A DNA stretch of 64,000 nucleotides. Origin: Conexivisphaerales archaeon. GTDB taxonomy: Archaea > Thermoproteota > Nitrososphaeria > Conexivisphaerales > DTJL01. The stretch covers positions 2,065 through 66,064 of the forward strand of contig DATKKG010000061.1 in NCBI GenBank assembly GCA_035543015.1, read 5' to 3'. Each line of letters opens with the position of its first letter. Positions within the stretch are counted from its first letter, which is position 1. Shown in pieces: positions 61,367-64,000 of this stretch. Below the pieces are notes generated by a model. It worked only from the letters and a program-made list of their open reading frames with translations. It was not told the origin of the DNA and made no database searches. A program made the position numbers and the translations under genes.

Positions 61367-62185
61367 TTATCTCAGATAATCGATGTATCTTGTTGCCGAC
61401 CTTTGGACAGCGCGGTCGGCGCCACCAACGACTTCCCTGCCTTCGAATCCACTGTAAAGCTCTTCAAATTCGTAAGGTCTGATTCGCGACGCGATCGCCC
61501 TGACCGTGCGTGCAGGGAGAGGAATGAGGTTTGGAAAGCTGTGCATGAAGCTCACCCACTTTCGGTCCATGACTACGTAGATTGTGTCGCCTGTCAGGAG
61601 AACGCCTTTCCCTGCGTCATCTGGACGCCAGTATAGCACACTGCTGCCATCGAAGTGCCCTCCTAGGTCTATCAACTCCAGCCCAGCCAGAGGAGACGTC
61701 TTCCTCCCTTTCCAGTAGGTGATCTTCTCACCTTTCCTCTGTGCCCACTTCCTATCCAGCTCGTGCAGGAACACCGGGATCCCTCCGAAGGCTTCGCTCC
61801 ACTCCAAGAACGACCCATAAAGGTGGGGATGCGACATCGCGATGGCGTCGATCCCACCCAGATCTCTGATTATCGAGATAGTGGAATCATCCAGGTAGGT
61901 TACGCAGTCCCATAAGAGATTCCCGAGTTTCGTTTGAACCAGAAACGCCCTCTGACCTATGGCGAAGGGGGGATTCGTGATTATCTGGTGAAGCCCGGCT
62001 CTCACTCGTTCGACCCTGTTTCTGAATCCGCGCCGTCTCATCTCTTCGAGGCTAGTCCATTGCTGGCCTTCCCAGCCAACGTACTGTCTGTCGTTGGTGC
62101 AGATTGGGCAGACGCGTGGGGGTCGTCTGGAGTCACCAAACTGAACTCCACAGGTCTTGCAAACGTATTTCGTCATTAGATTCAC
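61367..62185 (-). CDS. MBL-fold hydrolase-like protein with N-terminal zinc ribbon
   Basis: 272 aa. CKTCG...CPICT ribbon. AMSHPHLYG is a degenerate HxHxDH motif. Confidence 0.75.
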   Translation of the reverse strand: MNLMTKYVCKTCGVQFGDSRRPPRVCPICTNDRQYVGWEGQQWTSLEEMRRRGFRNRVERVRAGLHQIITNPPFAIGQRAFLVQTKLGNLLWDCVTYLDDSTISIIRDLGGIDAIAMSHPHLYGSFLEWSEAFGGIPVFLHELDRKWAQRKGEKITYWKGRKTSPLAGLELIDLGGHFDGSSVLYWRPDDAGKGVLLTGDTIYVVMDRKWVSFMHSFPNLIPLPARTVRAIASRIRPYEFEELYSGFEGREVVGGADRAVQRSATRYIDYLR

Positions 62186-62297
62186 AACCCGCTTTCCCTG
62201 TCCCCTCTCAAAGTGGGCTCTATCTGGGGAATGGACTGCGTGAATTAAAGGAGTCGTGAGAATCCACCTTCCGAAACCATCAAATCAAGGCCCCACA

Positions 62298-62310
62298 GGG
62301 CCCGCTAACC
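62298..62310. repeat. direct repeat of the tRNA-Arg 3' end (GGGCCCGCTAA-CC)
   Basis: The 11-mer GGGCCCGCTAA is identical to 57730-57740 (acceptor 3' strand plus trailer). Confidence 0.5.
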
Positions 62311-62324
62311 GGCCTCACTCTCGT

Positions 62325-62366
62325 TCAGTTAGCCAGTTGTTCTCAATAGGATAGAGATGATTATCT
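62325..62366 (+). repeat. AT-rich repeat R copy 2
   Basis: TCAGTTAGCCAGTTGTTCTCAATAGGATAGAGATGATTATCT. 37 of 42 positions are identical to copy 3, with one indel. Confidence 0.75.
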
Positions 62367-62380
62367 TCACGGCTCGTTTC

Positions 62381-62401
62381 TTCGTAGGTCCAAGCCCACG
62401 C
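62381..62401 (+). repeat. intergenic motif copy 6 (TTCGTAGGTCCAAGCCCACGC)
   Basis: Family member, ending 29 nt upstream of ORF 62431. Confidence 0.8.
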
Positions 62402-62430
62402 TAGCGTAGGCCGTCGATTCTCGTGGCCTC

Positions 62431-63147
62431 TTGGGAGATAGTCATGACGGACATACTCTCGATACGTTACGCTTTTTAGACAAAGACGGCTACTTTAGTC
62501 CGTTAGACATGCCGGCGCCCACCTCAGAAAGTGATTCGGTCGAAGCTCTAGTAGAGGAAATCTCAAGGAATCTTGAGGCATGGGTCAAAGCTGCCAAGCA
62601 AAGAGCCATCAGCGACGCCCTTGGCGAGGCTGCATTCATAGCCGCCGTTATCGCCCTTGGTGTCTGGGTCGGGCTCTACAGCCTTCTGATCGACATGACG
62701 GGAAATCTGCCGAATTCAGAACTTCATCTTTTGCTGACGGTCTCCATTTCGCTGGCCGTGGGAGCCGTGGTCTACTACTGGAAGTACTCACGAAGAGCCA
62801 GATACATCAAAATGGAGGTGAGTCTGAAGCGGTTGAAAGCTGGAACTCAAGCTTCAAGGCTCGAAGATGCGATGCTTGCGCTGGACAGCTTGATTGCTTC
62901 ATTCCCTGAAATAACAGCTCAGATGGGTGATGACGTATGGTACTATGCGGGCCTCGCGTTCACAATTGGGCTCTTCTTGGGAGGCATCTTCCCGTTTGGC
63001 ATCCTCCTCGGCTTCTTCTTGGGAGGTTCAACTTGGATTTATTTTAGCAGAAAAGCCATTGTCCGGATGAGGAGGGAGGTTGAGAAGTACAAAGGATGGA
63101 GCTCTAGGCTGAACCAGCAGAGGGATTCCTTCCTCAGGGACATGTGA
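62431..63147 (+). CDS. four-segment membrane protein with charged C-terminal helix (module partner of the wHTH gene)
   Basis: 238 aa. Two hydrophobic pairs and a C-terminal RMRREVEKYKGWSSRLNQQRD. Same architecture as 25877..26662. The start may be the ATG at 62444. Confidence 0.65.
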   Translation: MGDSHDGHTLDTLRFLDKDGYFSPLDMPAPTSESDSVEALVEEISRNLEAWVKAAKQRAISDALGEAAFIAAVIALGVWVGLYSLLIDMTGNLPNSELHLLLTVSISLAVGAVVYYWKYSRRARYIKMEVSLKRLKAGTQASRLEDAMLALDSLIASFPEITAQMGDDVWYYAGLAFTIGLFLGGIFPFGILLGFFLGGSTWIYFSRKAIVRMRREVEKYKGWSSRLNQQRDSFLRDM

Positions 63148-63425
63148 GAGAGATGGACAAACCAGACCTCTATGTTCTAGCCAGGTTCCTGGGTGTGCTT
63201 TATTCCAGCGGTGGACCCATGAAGAAGACGAACATTCAGACTTCTATCGGCCTCAGCTATCCTCGGTTTATCGAGTATCTCGAATGGATGGAAGCCCATA
63301 GTCTTGTTTCAAGGACGATAGGCGGCGATGGGTCCGAGCTGGTGGACCTGTCGTCCAAAGGGCTCGACCTCTACGTTAGGCTCTTTGAATGGATTCGGGA
63401 TGCGATGAAGGGGCCAGAACGATAG
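63144..63425 (+). CDS. small winged-helix DNA-binding protein (HTH_45-like)
   Basis: 93 aa. GPMKKTNIQTSIGLSYPRFIEYLEWMEAHSLV. Paralogue of 26655..26933. 4-nt overlap with the upstream gene. Confidence 0.7.
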   Translation: MREMDKPDLYVLARFLGVLYSSGGPMKKTNIQTSIGLSYPRFIEYLEWMEAHSLVSRTIGGDGSELVDLSSKGLDLYVRLFEWIRDAMKGPER

Positions 63426-63440
63426 CTCCGCCCAGCTCTC

Positions 63441-63483
63441 TCAATTAACCAATTGTTCTCAATATGATAAAGATGATTAATCT
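63441..63483 (+). repeat. AT-rich repeat R copy 3
   Basis: TCAATTAACCAATTGTTCTCAATATGATAAAGATGATTAATCT. Contains the 7-bp inverted repeat CTCAATA...TATTGAG. Confidence 0.75.
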
Positions 63484-63670
63484 ATTGAGAGCCCTACCTC
63501 AGCCTCAGCGAAACCTTGAGCCTACAGCTAGGGCAATTAACTGACATGATTACCCCACGCGTAACTTAGAGACTTATAATATCAGATCACACCTTATCGC
63601 TTTGCTATGGTATCAGGGGTCTGACGAACCTCTGAATCTAGTGTTGATATATCCGTGACGGAAACGTTAA

Positions 63671-63904
63671 TCAACGAATCATCAAAGCTACCCATATCAG
63701 AACGAAGCCTACGATGATTATCGTCAGGACGGCCCCAATCAAGAGCACCAGCCCACTCGTGTCGAACATGTTGATCCCAGATTTCTGAGCCAGCGTGCCA
63801 AAGGACCTTCTCATCAGGACCGCCGCGACGACCGTCAGATCAAACAGGATGATCAATGCCCCGGCGATGGCCCCGATGTAAGGCGCCAGCCCATTCCAAT
63901 TCAA
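63671..63904 (-). CDS. small two-helix membrane protein
   Basis: 77 aa with two long hydrophobic segments. Confidence 0.4.
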   Translation of the reverse strand: MNWNGLAPYIGAIAGALIILFDLTVVAAVLMRRSFGTLAQKSGINMFDTSGLVLLIGAVLTIIIVGFVLIWVALMIR

Positions 63905-64000
63905 GCTCTGTCAGTTTATCGCCCGCCACGCGGTCGGGTCAGACCAGCTGGACATGTGAAGGCCGATGAGCGAAAGCTTGCACACGGCTGCCGTAGTGAC

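Noticed and set aside
61313-61636. 107-aa plus-strand ORF downstream of motif copy 5
   Set aside because: It lies antisense within the 3' part of the MBL-like gene and has Cys/Arg/Pro/Asp-rich composition with no support. It was therefore not used as evidence that copy 5 precedes a gene.
57847-62401. The repeated ~21-nt motif, considered as a CRISPR array
   Set aside because: The spacing is 0.6-1.8 kb rather than 30-40 nt. The intervals contain full-length ORFs, the copies are imperfect, and no cas genes are present.
1-64000. rRNA genes, transposases/IS elements, cas genes and further tRNAs
   Set aside because: A scan of spacers and translations on both strands showed none beyond the two tRNAs reported. 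The absence is by eye only and should be confirmed with Infernal/tRNAscan and an IS database.

Overview
GC-rich archaeal chromosome segment. Identification rests on gene content: aIF2-gamma, Rpo7/Spt4, S6e/S24e/S27ae/L37Ae, exosome Rrp4/41/42, SBDS, PsmA, prefoldin beta, Orc1/Cdc6, and a BHB-intron tRNA. No lineage is assigned. All homology calls are by-eye motif recognition, with no searches run.

Layout:
- 0.5-4.7 kb: conserved information-processing operon (rps6e, aIF2-gamma, PIN, rpo7, spt4, DUF359 kinase, rps24e, rps27ae).
- 4.7-11 kb: housekeeping genes and orphans, including a nucleotidyltransferase-kinase fusion and an AN1-M50 protease.
- 11-23 kb: redox and sulfur block. It holds XdhC and TusA, a NapH-like polyferredoxin, and a co-directional run of [NiFe] hydrogenase small subunit, large subunit, Tat-ferredoxin, membrane FeS protein, protease, DUF3343-like protein, NnrD-like protein and a split YeeE/YedE. 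A DsrE/H/F-like trio follows.
- 23.5-30.4 kb: AT-richer element integrated into tRNA-Gly(CCC). It has a 14-nt att duplication and a tyrosine integrase.
- 30.4-43.9 kb: SfsA, a large radical-SAM protein, Orc1/Cdc6, MoaC/MoaB, an ECF module, a DHH phosphoesterase and the exosome superoperon.
- 43.9-54.5 kb: accessory island lying between sdo1 and psmA. It carries paired wHTH regulators, flavodoxin-like proteins, VapBC, an ABC-2 exporter and gene fragments.
- 55.3-57.7 kb: MtnA-like protein, citrate synthase, and tRNA-Arg(UCG) with a non-canonical 17-nt intron.
- 57.8-63.5 kb: cassette-like array of orphan secreted and membrane genes, punctuated by a conserved ~21-nt motif.

Most notable findings: the repeat-punctuated array, the unusual hydrogenase architecture, the duplicated membrane-protein plus wHTH module, and two conserved genes that lack canonical start codons.
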